Counted from the stretch's first letter, positions 7,136 to 15,704 are shown. The stretch: 32,000 nt of DNA from Roseofilum halophilum BLCC-M91 (GCF_030068445.1 NZ_JAQPOK010000012.1:1-32000), one strand, 5' to 3'. Notes: generated by a model not told the origin, from the sequence alone. Numbers and translations: made by a program.

Positions 7136-8308
7136 ATGATCAATAATCAACCCATTTCTATTTCTTTGTTTACCGGAGCCTATGGACTAGATTTAGGTCT
7201 AGAGCAGGCTGGTTTTATTACAGTCAGTGTAGTCGAGAAAGATCTGAATGCGGTCAAGACTATTGCTCTGAATAGACCTGTTCTTAAAAACAGTGCTATT
7301 CCTAGAGAAATAGAACAAGTGACGGCACAAGAATTACTGGAAGAAGGAGGGAAAGCTTTAGGTTTAGGTCGTCCTTTACAACCGGGTGAAGTAGATTTAA
7401 TCACTGGTGGCCCGCCTTGTCAACCCTTCAGTACCGCCGGAAAAAGAGGTTCTGTTCTAGATCCTCGTGGTAGTTTATTCATGGATTTTATTCGGATTGT
7501 TAAAGAAGTACAACCTCGTTTTTTTTTAATGGAAAATGTTAAGGGTTTACTTTCTGCTCCTCTACGCCACCGACCGATTAATCAACGTGGAAAAGGTTAT
7601 CCTCCTTTAAGAAAGGATGAAATAAAAGGTGCGGCTTTGGAGGTGGTAATATCAGAAATGAAGAACATAGACTATCAGGTAATTTACAATGTCTTAGAAG
7701 CAGCAGATTATGGTGTCCCGCAAACCAGACAGCGTGTCATATTTATGGGTTCCAGAGATTCTGAATCTGTCACCTTTCCTCTGCCAAAATATTCCAAATA
7801 TGGTAAAAACTTACCTAAATGGCGGACTTTAAAAGACGGTTTAAAAGGGTTGGTAGATTCAGAACCAGAGTTTATACCCTATTCAGAAAATCGCCTCAAG
7901 TATTTAAAATTATTGAAAGCTGGGCAAAATTGGAAAAATCTACCAGAAGACTTAAAACAAGAAGCTATGGGAGGTGCTTATCATTCAGGAGGAGGAAAAG
8001 TCGGTTTTTATAGAAGATTATCTTGGGATAAGCCTTCTCCAACCATCACAACCAGTCCCAATCAAAAAGCTACCGATATGTGTCATCCTGTCGAACTGCG
8101 TTGTTTAACAGTTCGTGAATCGGCGAAACTGCAAACTTTTCCTGATGATTGGATTTTCTCTGGTTCCACTCTTTCTAAATATAAACAGATTGGCAATGCA
8201 GTACCAGTTTTACTCTCGAAAGAAATTGGTGTTTATCTTTTTAATTTAATTCAAGGACACCAAGAAAAAGGCCAACAAATTACTGAACAACTTTCTCTAT
8301 TTTCTTGA
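7136..8308 (+). CDS. DNA (cytosine-5)-methyltransferase
   Basis: The canonical m5C motifs are present: FTGAYGLDLG (I), GGPPCQPFS (IV), ENV (VI), QTRQRV (VIII) and GNAVP (X). Confidence 0.95.
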   Translation: MINNQPISISLFTGAYGLDLGLEQAGFITVSVVEKDLNAVKTIALNRPVLKNSAIPREIEQVTAQELLEEGGKALGLGRPLQPGEVDLITGGPPCQPFSTAGKRGSVLDPRGSLFMDFIRIVKEVQPRFFLMENVKGLLSAPLRHRPINQRGKGYPPLRKDEIKGAALEVVISEMKNIDYQVIYNVLEAADYGVPQTRQRVIFMGSRDSESVTFPLPKYSKYGKNLPKWRTLKDGLKGLVDSEPEFIPYSENRLKYLKLLKAGQNWKNLPEDLKQEAMGGAYHSGGGKVGFYRRLSWDKPSPTITTSPNQKATDMCHPVELRCLTVRESAKLQTFPDDWIFSGSTLSKYKQIGNAVPVLLSKEIGVYLFNLIQGHQEKGQQITEQLSLFS

Positions 8309-8314
8309 TCTCGT

Positions 8315-9109
8315 CTATTGAGCCGCAAGTTTGGCAAAAGCCCGATCGATTTTGAGTAACATCTGTCTTACTCGCTCCTCTAGGAGATCATAATTAATAT
8401 AAATGATCTCCCAAAACTCTTTACCTGCAAGACGAGGAATTCGGGCATCATTAAATGTCCATTCTCCTAAATCAAAGGCTGATATGAAAACTGGATTTTC
8501 ATGAATCGCTAATTCTTTTTTAGCTCTACTGCGTTGGGAACCCGTCAATGTTCCTTTTAAGGTCTTAATTTGTGCAAACACAATTTTATCTTGTGATAAG
8601 ATAAGCAGATCGATTCCCTTAATTTTAATTCCAAATTGAATTTCAGGAATAATTATATAAGGACTAATATCAGCTATATCTTCCCAAAGCCTACCCATTT
8701 TTGTACTTAGACTTCTGGTGACTGAGTTACTGGTCATTAGTAATTTTGCCCCACATAGCTCAAAAAGATTTTTAGGTTTAGGATGGGATTCCAAGAGAAG
8801 ACTTTGGTTTTGAAAATCTACTGTTAACCACTCAATAAAATTATCGGTAAATTGGTTGGTTTTGCTAGAAATTAACTGATATTGTTTATCCAATTCTAAA
8901 ATGGTTCCATTTTGCAAATCTTGTGCAAGTTGATATTCAAAGTAACCCGGTGCTATTGAGGAAATGATTTTTCCATATTGGTAGGGCTTATGTAAATCTT
9001 CATCAGTAATATGGGTCACCTTAATCAATGAAGCATGATGCAAAATGAGTGATTTCCTTTCTTCAACAGAAAGCGATATTAACGTCTCAGCAGATAATGG
9101 ACTAAGCAT
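8315..9109 (-). CDS. Putative type II restriction endonuclease partner of the m5C methyltransferase
   Basis: The gene is convergent with the methyltransferase, with stop codons 6 nt apart. It shares the same AT-rich, HIP1-free composition. A possible PD-(D/E)XK-like core is GIDLLILSQDKIVFAQIKTLKG. The family and specificity are not recognised. Confidence 0.55.
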   Translation of the reverse strand: MLSPLSAETLISLSVEERKSLILHHASLIKVTHITDEDLHKPYQYGKIISSIAPGYFEYQLAQDLQNGTILELDKQYQLISSKTNQFTDNFIEWLTVDFQNQSLLLESHPKPKNLFELCGAKLLMTSNSVTRSLSTKMGRLWEDIADISPYIIIPEIQFGIKIKGIDLLILSQDKIVFAQIKTLKGTLTGSQRSRAKKELAIHENPVFISAFDLGEWTFNDARIPRLAGKEFWEIIYINYDLLEERVRQMLLKIDRAFAKLAAQ

Positions 9110-9130
9110 GATTAAACCAGTGGAAGCATT

Positions 9131-11659
9131 TTAAGTTAAATCCAGACTTTGCGCCAGTTGCCACGCTTTGAAGAAACGACCTTGCATAGCCCAGGAAATG
9201 GCTTGTAAGGCTTGCAGTTCTGGCTCGTCTGGTTTGAGCTGTAGGGCAGTTTCTAGAACTTTTTGCGCTTTTTGAGGTTTCCAGTCATAAAGATAGACGA
9301 CGGCTAAATAGGCCCAGGGATAGGGGCTGTTTGGCTCTAGGGTGGTGAGGGGATCTAAGGCGGCGATCGCCCCCGGCACATCTTGACGCAATACCCGCGA
9401 TAGCACCAAGCCATACAGCCAGTCTACCCGGTTCGGATCTTGCTGTAGTCGATAACTCAAGGTGCGATCGACTTGCCATAAATAATCTTGCGTCGGATCG
9501 TATTGGTTAATCCGGCCCACTTCGGCGAAAATATGCTCTAGAGCTGTCGGCCCTTGGGATAACGTCCCTGCAAACTGGCGAAACTGGGTCGATAAATCCA
9601 ACTCTAAAGCGGGTTGGATGGGAGCCTCTAAAGATAAACTGATGGGAATGGGAGGAATGGGAACATCTTGCGCAGGAGTCTCCCAATTTCGGTCTGGCAG
9701 ATATTGCACCTTTAATAAATAACTTCCCGGTTCCATATCCGCAGGGGGTAACATCGAGGTCAACTCGCTCACTTCCACCCCTTGCTCTGGATCGAGGTTT
9801 TCCGGAGCGTAGAGATTTCCCATTCCGAACCCATGGTCATGTATCCAGGCAATTTGACCATCTCTTTCCCGAATCCAAGTAATTAGCACTAAACCTGATT
9901 GTAGATCTTTCCAGGGGCCGCGCCATTGGTAGGTTACAGGAACGGGACTTCCGGGAGGGACGGGACTGGAGACAAACAAGTTATAGAGCTGGACTTCAGC
10001 CAGGGGTTGAGGAAGGGGAACCACCTGCACGGGGGGAGTATGCTGATGATAAAGATTGAGTTGCGTGCCATCGTTGAGAGACCAGGATCGATGCAGGTTA
10101 AATAAGCCACCGGTTTCAATGAAGTGGGTTAATTGTTGTCGTTCTGCGCTTGGTGCTGAACCTTGTTGACCGGTTTTGGTGATAAACCAACGCAGCGATC
10201 GCCCATCTTGTAGAATGTGTTCAGGATTGGTTCCCACTTGCCGACCATAGACCTGTCCATTTCGCACTTGCCCATAGTAGTTAATATTATGCTGATTTAA
10301 GGTTGGCTTGGAGGGCAAAACCCCAACATTGGAGCGTAGATAGGGTTCGGTTTTAATCATTTCATCGATGACTTTGGGATGGGGAGCAGGTAACCCCAAT
10401 TCTGGATAATGCATCCCTCCGGGACTCAATGCTTGCATCAAGAATTGTCCTCCGAGGGGATAGAGGTTTAAGAACATCAATAAACCCGCTAATCCTACGG
10501 TTCCCCAACGGATTTTGGGGCCCCATTTGCGACTGAGTTTATCCCACTGATTTAAACCGCAAGCCAGCAGGAGGGAGAGAACGGGAAGAAAGGGGAGAAT
10601 GTAGCGCGTATCTTTGTTGACGTTTAAGGAACAGAGAAAGTAAGACCCGACTAGAAATAGGAGTATCCAAACGGTTTTAGGGTGCTGTTTTAGGTTTAGT
10701 CGTTTTTTGGAGCTACAAAATTGAATCCCTAAACCGATGAAACCGACGATCGCCATCCATAATAGGGGCCAAGAGACCAGCTCTGGCAGGTCTTTCCAGT
10801 AATAGAGCCAAGCATCGAGGGTATGGAGGGGGGGGTCACCTTCGGCGATCGCCGCGTCTACGGTGGCTCGTTTTCCGGAGGTGAGCATCAGTAACCAGTT
10901 GGTACGCACCCAAGGATAGAGTAGGGTGATGGCGATCGCACCCCCTAAAAGCCATTGGCCGAAGCGTTCCCACTGTCGCTGATAGAGGGTGCTGATTCCG
11001 GAAACGGCGATCGGGGTCAGCAAAAAAAATAGCGCTGTTTGTTTCGTTAGCAATGCTAATCCTACGGAAACACCCATCAGCGCAGCCATTCCCCACTGTT
11101 GCAGTCTCGCAGATTTTTGGGAAAACCACCATAAAGTCAGACAAAAAAAGCTCCATGTCACCATCGCCGTTAAGGGATAATCCAGGAGAAAATCCAGGCG
11201 ATAGCGATAGAGTCCGGGTAGCAACATACACAACAGAGCCGCCCACAGTCCCAGATGGCTATTGAACAGGAGGCGACCTAATCCATAAACTGAACCCAGG
11301 AGAATAGCGCTATAGAGCAGCATCACCAGGGTTGAGGAATCCGGACTTGCGCCAAAAATCTGCACAAAGGGAACCGTCGTCACATAAACTAGGGGCGGAA
11401 TTTTGGGAGAAAGGAGCCAAAATTGATGCCACCAGTCGCCAGAAAAAAATTGGGCGTTTTCCAAGATACGCTGATATTCTAAGACCCAATTGAGATAGTC
11501 GGCCTGATCCCAAGCCGGAACCCGGCGATCGATCGCCAACCAGAGGCGATCGCCCACCATCACCAAAAACATCATCAACCCCAGCGCTAACACCGGATCG
11601 GTTTCCGTATTTTTCTCAGACCAACGGTGCTGAGTTTTTTCCAATGCTTCCTTAGTCAT
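9131..11659 (-). CDS. GT39/ArnT-like membrane glycosyltransferase with a C-terminal TPR region
   Basis: The N-terminal ~420 aa are highly hydrophobic and multi-pass, in an ArnT/PMT-like layout. A large soluble domain and TPR-like repeats follow at the C-terminus (AYLAVVYLYDWKPQKAQKVLETALQLKPDEPE). Confidence 0.75.
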   Translation of the reverse strand: MTKEALEKTQHRWSEKNTETDPVLALGLMMFLVMVGDRLWLAIDRRVPAWDQADYLNWVLEYQRILENAQFFSGDWWHQFWLLSPKIPPLVYVTTVPFVQIFGASPDSSTLVMLLYSAILLGSVYGLGRLLFNSHLGLWAALLCMLLPGLYRYRLDFLLDYPLTAMVTWSFFCLTLWWFSQKSARLQQWGMAALMGVSVGLALLTKQTALFFLLTPIAVSGISTLYQRQWERFGQWLLGGAIAITLLYPWVRTNWLLMLTSGKRATVDAAIAEGDPPLHTLDAWLYYWKDLPELVSWPLLWMAIVGFIGLGIQFCSSKKRLNLKQHPKTVWILLFLVGSYFLCSLNVNKDTRYILPFLPVLSLLLACGLNQWDKLSRKWGPKIRWGTVGLAGLLMFLNLYPLGGQFLMQALSPGGMHYPELGLPAPHPKVIDEMIKTEPYLRSNVGVLPSKPTLNQHNINYYGQVRNGQVYGRQVGTNPEHILQDGRSLRWFITKTGQQGSAPSAERQQLTHFIETGGLFNLHRSWSLNDGTQLNLYHQHTPPVQVVPLPQPLAEVQLYNLFVSSPVPPGSPVPVTYQWRGPWKDLQSGLVLITWIRERDGQIAWIHDHGFGMGNLYAPENLDPEQGVEVSELTSMLPPADMEPGSYLLKVQYLPDRNWETPAQDVPIPPIPISLSLEAPIQPALELDLSTQFRQFAGTLSQGPTALEHIFAEVGRINQYDPTQDYLWQVDRTLSYRLQQDPNRVDWLYGLVLSRVLRQDVPGAIAALDPLTTLEPNSPYPWAYLAVVYLYDWKPQKAQKVLETALQLKPDEPELQALQAISWAMQGRFFKAWQLAQSLDLT

Positions 11660-11710
11660 GCGATCCTTTCGGCATTTTAATATGGGGTATTCGGGCTTCT
11701 AAACTAATCC

Positions 11711-11836
11711 AGTAGTGCCGTGACACAGCTAAAATAGTGCATTAGCGTAGGGTGGGTTAGGCGGCTAAAACCTAGACTCTGACAGCAATCTATCAATCCG
11801 CCGTAACCCACCATTTTAGGGTTGTCACGGCACTAC
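11711..11836. repeat. Long imperfect palindrome (MITE-like or structured element)
   Basis: The outer arms are a perfect 14-bp match: gtagtgccgtgaca (11712-11725) versus tgtcacggcactac (11823-11836). Inner pairs are ctaaaat/attttag and ggtgggttaggcgg (11751-11764)/ccgccgtaacccacc (11798-11812). Confidence 0.6.
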
Positions 11837-11941
11837 GATCCTAATATCCACAGGAATTAAGTGCAAACTTAAAGAGCAATTGTATTACAGAAGAAGCAAT
11901 TATAATTGAAATTTACCCAAATGGAAATTGGAAGTTTGTTA

Positions 11942-12136
11942 ATGAAGTCTGATTTTGAGTTAATGACGATGAAAGAACTTCAAAAGTATGTTCTAGAGCA
12001 TAGAAATGACCAAGCCGCATTTCAAGCGCTTATGGATCGGGTTGATGCCGTCCCCCAGAATCAAGTCTATGGAGAGGTGAATGCTCAGGAATTCTCTGTA
12101 CTCCTTGAGCAGTCTCGTCATATCAAATCCGAATAA
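11942..12136 (+). CDS. Small conserved cyanobacterial protein (64 aa from the ATG at 11942)
   Basis: MKSDFELMTMKELQKYVLEHRNDQAAFQALMDR resembles a recurrent small cyanobacterial family. The TTG at 11906 and ATG at 11921 are alternative starts. Confidence 0.5.
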   Translation: MKSDFELMTMKELQKYVLEHRNDQAAFQALMDRVDAVPQNQVYGEVNAQEFSVLLEQSRHIKSE

Positions 12137-12168
12137 TTAGTCACACTATGTTATCACTAATTATTCGG
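12129..12168. terminator. Hairpin between convergent genes; possible bidirectional terminator
   Basis: A perfect 13-bp stem pairs ccgaataattagt (12129-12141) with actaattattcgg (12156-12168). The U-tracts are weak. Confidence 0.4.
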
Positions 12169-12175
12169 ACTCGAT

Positions 12176-13249
12176 TTAAATATACCGAGAAATATCCTCC
12201 TGACAATCATCCGCCAGATAAGACAAAGCGCGGAAACGCAACCCCACCAACTGCTCATAAAGCGGATTTAACTTACACATCGGGGGAATATGGACAATTT
12301 TATGGCCAAACAGCTTAATATCCCGTTCAAACGGACATTGGGGCGGAATCATTTTACAGAGAAACCTAGCCATATAAGGCGTATTAATATCCAAACCATC
12401 TAACCACTGCCGCACCGGATGCAAAACATCACCTTCCGGAAAAGTCGCTTGCAACTTTTCAATCATCGCTTGCCGTTTTTGCTCCGGTAGAGTGTCTGAA
12501 GTAATCAATAAAAACTTCAGCACATCTAACACCTCACTCGAAGGCTCTAGAGCTTCACAATAATCTTGTAAAACCCGATCTTCCTCCTCAGAATAGGTTC
12601 CATTAGCCAACGCCATAATCACCCCAGTCCGCAGAAAATTCTCCGCCACTGAAGTTTCTCGCCCTAAAACTGCTGCCAATTCTTCGCCCGTAATCGGTTT
12701 CAGGGAGCCTAAATTGAGATTAGAGCCTAACTCATCTTTAATTAATTCAGAAATTAGCTCTTTTTCCTCTGGATTATATTCACCATCTGCCCAAGCAATA
12801 GTGAGTAAACCTCTTAGCCAGGCAGTGACATGATGGTTAAGAATACGCACTCGCTGACACAAAAGCCGAATTATATTTAACCCCAACTCTGGATATTTTT
12901 CAATAGTTTTATAGAGATTTGTTTGAGATAAAACCAAACATTTACACTCTTCTAGGGCAGTGACAGAAGCCGAATGGCACTGGGAATCTAAAACCGACAT
13001 TTCGCCAAAATAGTCGCCCGGTTTGAAATGAGCTAACCTCAGTCCGCCGATATGGACTTCAACTTCTCCAGACACGAGAATATAGAGATAAGAACCAATT
13101 TCATCTTGACGAAAAATGGTGTGACCGGCGGGAAATTCAATTTCTCCCAATTGATCTGCTATTTCAGCTAAAAAAACATCATTTTTAGCTTCAATATTAC
13201 CAAAGAGGGGAATATCTTTCAGAAGTTCAAGGGACTGTGTAGAGATCAT
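12176..13249 (-). CDS. cNMP-binding domain protein fused to a TerB-like module and a Mo-nitrogenase-C-like Cys/His domain
   Basis: The cNMP-binding core is FGEMSVLD...SASVTA. TerB-like pairs are WADGEYNPEEKELISELI and ANGTYSEEEDRVLQDY. The C-terminus CKMIPPQCPFERDIKLFGHKIVHIPPMCKLNPLYEQLVGLRFRALSYLADD matches my recollection of the Mo-dependent nitrogenase C-terminal family. Confidence 0.75.
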   Translation of the reverse strand: MISTQSLELLKDIPLFGNIEAKNDVFLAEIADQLGEIEFPAGHTIFRQDEIGSYLYILVSGEVEVHIGGLRLAHFKPGDYFGEMSVLDSQCHSASVTALEECKCLVLSQTNLYKTIEKYPELGLNIIRLLCQRVRILNHHVTAWLRGLLTIAWADGEYNPEEKELISELIKDELGSNLNLGSLKPITGEELAAVLGRETSVAENFLRTGVIMALANGTYSEEEDRVLQDYCEALEPSSEVLDVLKFLLITSDTLPEQKRQAMIEKLQATFPEGDVLHPVRQWLDGLDINTPYMARFLCKMIPPQCPFERDIKLFGHKIVHIPPMCKLNPLYEQLVGLRFRALSYLADDCQEDISRYI

Positions 13250-13752
13250 GATAAAACTTGCCGTTGTACCTGGTTATAAAAGATGTCTTCAGATGCTCCA
13301 AAGAGGCGATTGAGTTTACGCACCCGTTGGCAAAGAACGTTAATCATTTTTATGGCTACTTTGGGCCGTTCTTTGATCGCTTGATAAACTTGTTCTTGGG
13401 TTAAAACCAGACATTGACAGGGTTCTAGGGCTGTCACGGAAGCCGATCGCGGCCGAGATTCAAAGATCGCCATTTCACCAAAATAAGATCCGGCAGTCAG
13501 TTCTGCCAGTTGCACGTCATCAAAATGGACTTTAACCCGACCGGAAAAAAGAATGTATAATAAGTCGCCGCGATCGCCTTGAGTAAAAATGGTATGGTCT
13601 GGGGGAAACTGCACCTCTTCTAAATGAGTGGCTAACTGTTCTATGAACTCCGTTTGAGCGAGATCTTGGAAAATGACCAGCTCGGTTAAAAATTTGAGTC
13701 GGTCAGTTACACTCAACATGGGTTTTTCTCGATCGCCTGTATCAGTCACCAT
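13246..13752 (-). CDS. Stand-alone cyclic-nucleotide-binding domain protein
   Basis: The cNMP motif is GDLLYILFSGRVKV...FGEMAIFESRPRSASVTA. Its stop overlaps the downstream gene's start in an ATGA overlap at 13246-13249. Confidence 0.85.
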   Translation of the reverse strand: MVTDTGDREKPMLSVTDRLKFLTELVIFQDLAQTEFIEQLATHLEEVQFPPDHTIFTQGDRGDLLYILFSGRVKVHFDDVQLAELTAGSYFGEMAIFESRPRSASVTALEPCQCLVLTQEQVYQAIKERPKVAIKMINVLCQRVRKLNRLFGASEDIFYNQVQRQVLS

Positions 13753-13817
13753 AGGCTTTGAAGGAATTGAAACTGCCTGCTTCTAAGCTACCATGTCATT
13801 TGGCTTCTGAGCAGTAG

Positions 13818-13850
13818 GGAAAACATCCCAAGTCATGGGTTAAGCTTCTG
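13818..13850 (+). repeat. Left copy of a ~33-bp imperfect direct repeat
   Basis: gggaaaacatcccaagtcatgggttaagcttctg matches gggaaatgtccccaagtcatggcttaagcttcta at 17123-17156. The core cccaagtcatggNttaagcttct differs at one position. Confidence 0.6.
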
Positions 13851-13882
13851 GATTGGTAAATAGATTGGATAAGCATAGCAAC

Positions 13883-14040
13883 GAGGACTATCCCGCAAGG
13901 ATATAGTAGAGCTATTTCGGCTCATCGACTGGCTGATGGAACTTCCAGAACCAGAAGAGCGGCGGTTATGGGCAGAAATGGAAACCTTAGAGGATGAAGT
14001 GGCTACATCAGCAGAAGAGCCAGATAGCCCAGAAGAGTGA
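13883..14040 (+). pseudogene. Decayed C-terminal remnant of a paralogue of the Rpn-family gene at 17318-18277
   Basis: Bases 13883-13992 align at >90% identity by eye with ~17893-18001. Bases 13993-14065 align with 18230-~18305. The fragment therefore lacks the N-terminal ~190 codons and carries an in-frame 228-bp internal deletion. It reads ...GLSRKDIVELFRLIDWLMELPEPEERRLWAEMETLEDEVATSAEEPDSPEE*. Confidence 0.8.
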
Positions 14041-14069
14041 TGTTTCTCTCCTTAACGATCTGATCCGAT

Positions 14070-14810
14070 TTAGAATGCCTTTAAAAACTGGTCAATCACA
14101 GCGACGGGTTGACTCGCACACTGTGACTGGTCATAAATGCGGATCAGATCGATACCCGGAAGCTGCTCCAAATCACTTAATTCTGGAAGATCTAACTCTT
14201 TTGACTGCACAATGAGTAAGCCTGATTTATCTTGATGCTGCACCAGGAGATCGAAAACATAACTTTGGCGGCTATTTGCGATCGTCAGACGGAATTGGGG
14301 ACTGACCAGAAAATTGATATTGCGAGCCTCAAGAATTTCTGCAAGTGTGGCGACAATGGAGCAATGACAGGTTAAATTTTGCCAGCGAAGAATGGCATCT
14401 TGGGAATAGGTCAAAGAATGGGTATCCGAGGAAGAATCTGTAACCGCAGGTTCAATTAAATTAGCAACTAAACGAGAACCCGCTAAATTCGCTCCACTGA
14501 GATCCGCACCACTCAAGTTAACCTCAATCACCAAATTGCGCTGAATATTCACTTTGTGACGGTGGAGATAACGACGCAGAACCGCTTTCAGATTATCTTT
14601 TTTAACCCGCTCCCCTAACTCCTGAGAGATCCGCTTCCACAGTTTAGCGCCCACATCCTTGATATAATCGGGATCGTAGCCCGCATCCTGGGCAATTTTA
14701 CTGTAAGATTTGCCTTCCCAAGATTGCCGAAAGACAAGTTCTTGGACTTGAGTTAAAGCTTCATAGTCCAAAATGGTTTCCACCCAAGTCAAGGCTTCAT
14801 CAACGGTCAT
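14070..14810 (-). CDS. HTH-like N-terminal domain plus pentapeptide-repeat protein with an unknown C-terminal domain
   Basis: The N-terminus LTQVQELVFRQSWEGKSYSKIAQDAGYDPDYIKDVGAKLWKRISQELGERVKKDNLKAVLRR is a module I recall at the N-termini of cyanobacterial STAND/pentapeptide proteins. Pentapeptide repeats follow (NLSGADLSGANLAGSRL). The ATG overlaps the upstream gene's stop in an ATGA overlap at 14807-14810. Confidence 0.7.
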   Translation of the reverse strand: MTVDEALTWVETILDYEALTQVQELVFRQSWEGKSYSKIAQDAGYDPDYIKDVGAKLWKRISQELGERVKKDNLKAVLRRYLHRHKVNIQRNLVIEVNLSGADLSGANLAGSRLVANLIEPAVTDSSSDTHSLTYSQDAILRWQNLTCHCSIVATLAEILEARNINFLVSPQFRLTIANSRQSYVFDLLVQHQDKSGLLIVQSKELDLPELSDLEQLPGIDLIRIYDQSQCASQPVAVIDQFLKAF

Positions 14811-15643
14811 TGGGGGATACTAGCAAGCCATTCTGTTAAGTCCTGCTGTTGTTGGAAGTTAGGCATCGCTTCCATTAACCCTTGGAGTTGGGTGAACGAC
14901 AGATTATAAATTTTCTCTTCCGTCTCTGCTGCGATCTTCCCAAGTTTGTGGCGTAACATCATCAAGACCGCTTCCTGGCGGCCTTCCTGAAGACCTTCTT
15001 GGCGACCTTTTTGCAGGATAAACTGATAAAAAGAAGAGTCTTCCAGCAAGTCTTCGCGGAAGAGGTCTTGAATAATTTCCGGGTTGTGAATCAGTCCAGA
15101 CATAATAGCAGTACAGGCGATGATTTCTTTGCGTTGATTAGGGTCAGGAATTTTGCGCGTGGCCTCTGCTACCTGTTGTAGCAGATCTCGCGGCGCATTG
15201 CTACGGGTTAGAGGGGCTAAAGGGAGAAGAGCAGCATCATTGAGGAAGGGAGCAGGATCTTGTTCCCACAAACGGAGGACGCGATATGTGTGAAGGGTAT
15301 TTTGGACTTGGAAGCGATCGACATACACTTCAGGTGAGTTGGTCTGTTTCAGAAAAATGACCACTTGCTCAATGGTACAGTGATATTTCCGATAAAGCCT
15401 TAACCAATAGTCGATCATCCGCTCTGGTAAGGGGGGGTTAGGTTTGGGAACGCGCTCAAATTCCAGATGCAGGATAGTATCGGCTGCTTTGAGTAAGATT
15501 AAGGAGTCAGCACGAACCGGTTCAGTAGAGAGTTCAGTTTTAATCACTTGCACATTGCTGGCATTGACTTGGGGAAGCAGCAAACGGACAAAACTGATTG
15601 GGTTTTGGGTTGCCAGGAATTTACAGGTGTTGTCAAAAGCCAC
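14807..15643 (-). CDS. Rpn-family recombination-promoting nuclease / PD-(D/E)XK putative transposase with a DUF4351-like tail
   Basis: FDNTCKFLA...VRADSLILLKAADTILHLEFE is the PD-(D/E)XK core typical of the cyanobacterial Rpn/YhgA-like family. The C-terminal helical tail (QEGRQEAVLMMLRHKLGKI...) is DUF4351-like. Confidence 0.75.
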   Translation of the reverse strand: MAFDNTCKFLATQNPISFVRLLLPQVNASNVQVIKTELSTEPVRADSLILLKAADTILHLEFERVPKPNPPLPERMIDYWLRLYRKYHCTIEQVVIFLKQTNSPEVYVDRFQVQNTLHTYRVLRLWEQDPAPFLNDAALLPLAPLTRSNAPRDLLQQVAEATRKIPDPNQRKEIIACTAIMSGLIHNPEIIQDLFREDLLEDSSFYQFILQKGRQEGLQEGRQEAVLMMLRHKLGKIAAETEEKIYNLSFTQLQGLMEAMPNFQQQQDLTEWLASIPQ

Positions 15644-15704
15644 AATCTACAAGAGACCCAAACGTGAAGTTTCTTCACTATTCTACCTCATATTGGGGTA
15701 GCAC

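Noticed and set aside
10836-11246. A 136-aa ORF and several 60-70-aa ORFs overlapping the GT39 gene in other frames, on both strands.
   Set aside because: They lie inside a long, well-supported membrane-protein CDS and are typical shadow ORFs in GC-richer DNA.
13994-14215. A 73-aa ORF (+) starting inside the Rpn remnant.
   Set aside because: It is out of frame with the homologous Rpn tail and runs antisense into the 3' end of the pentapeptide gene. It has no RBS and no recognisable sequence.
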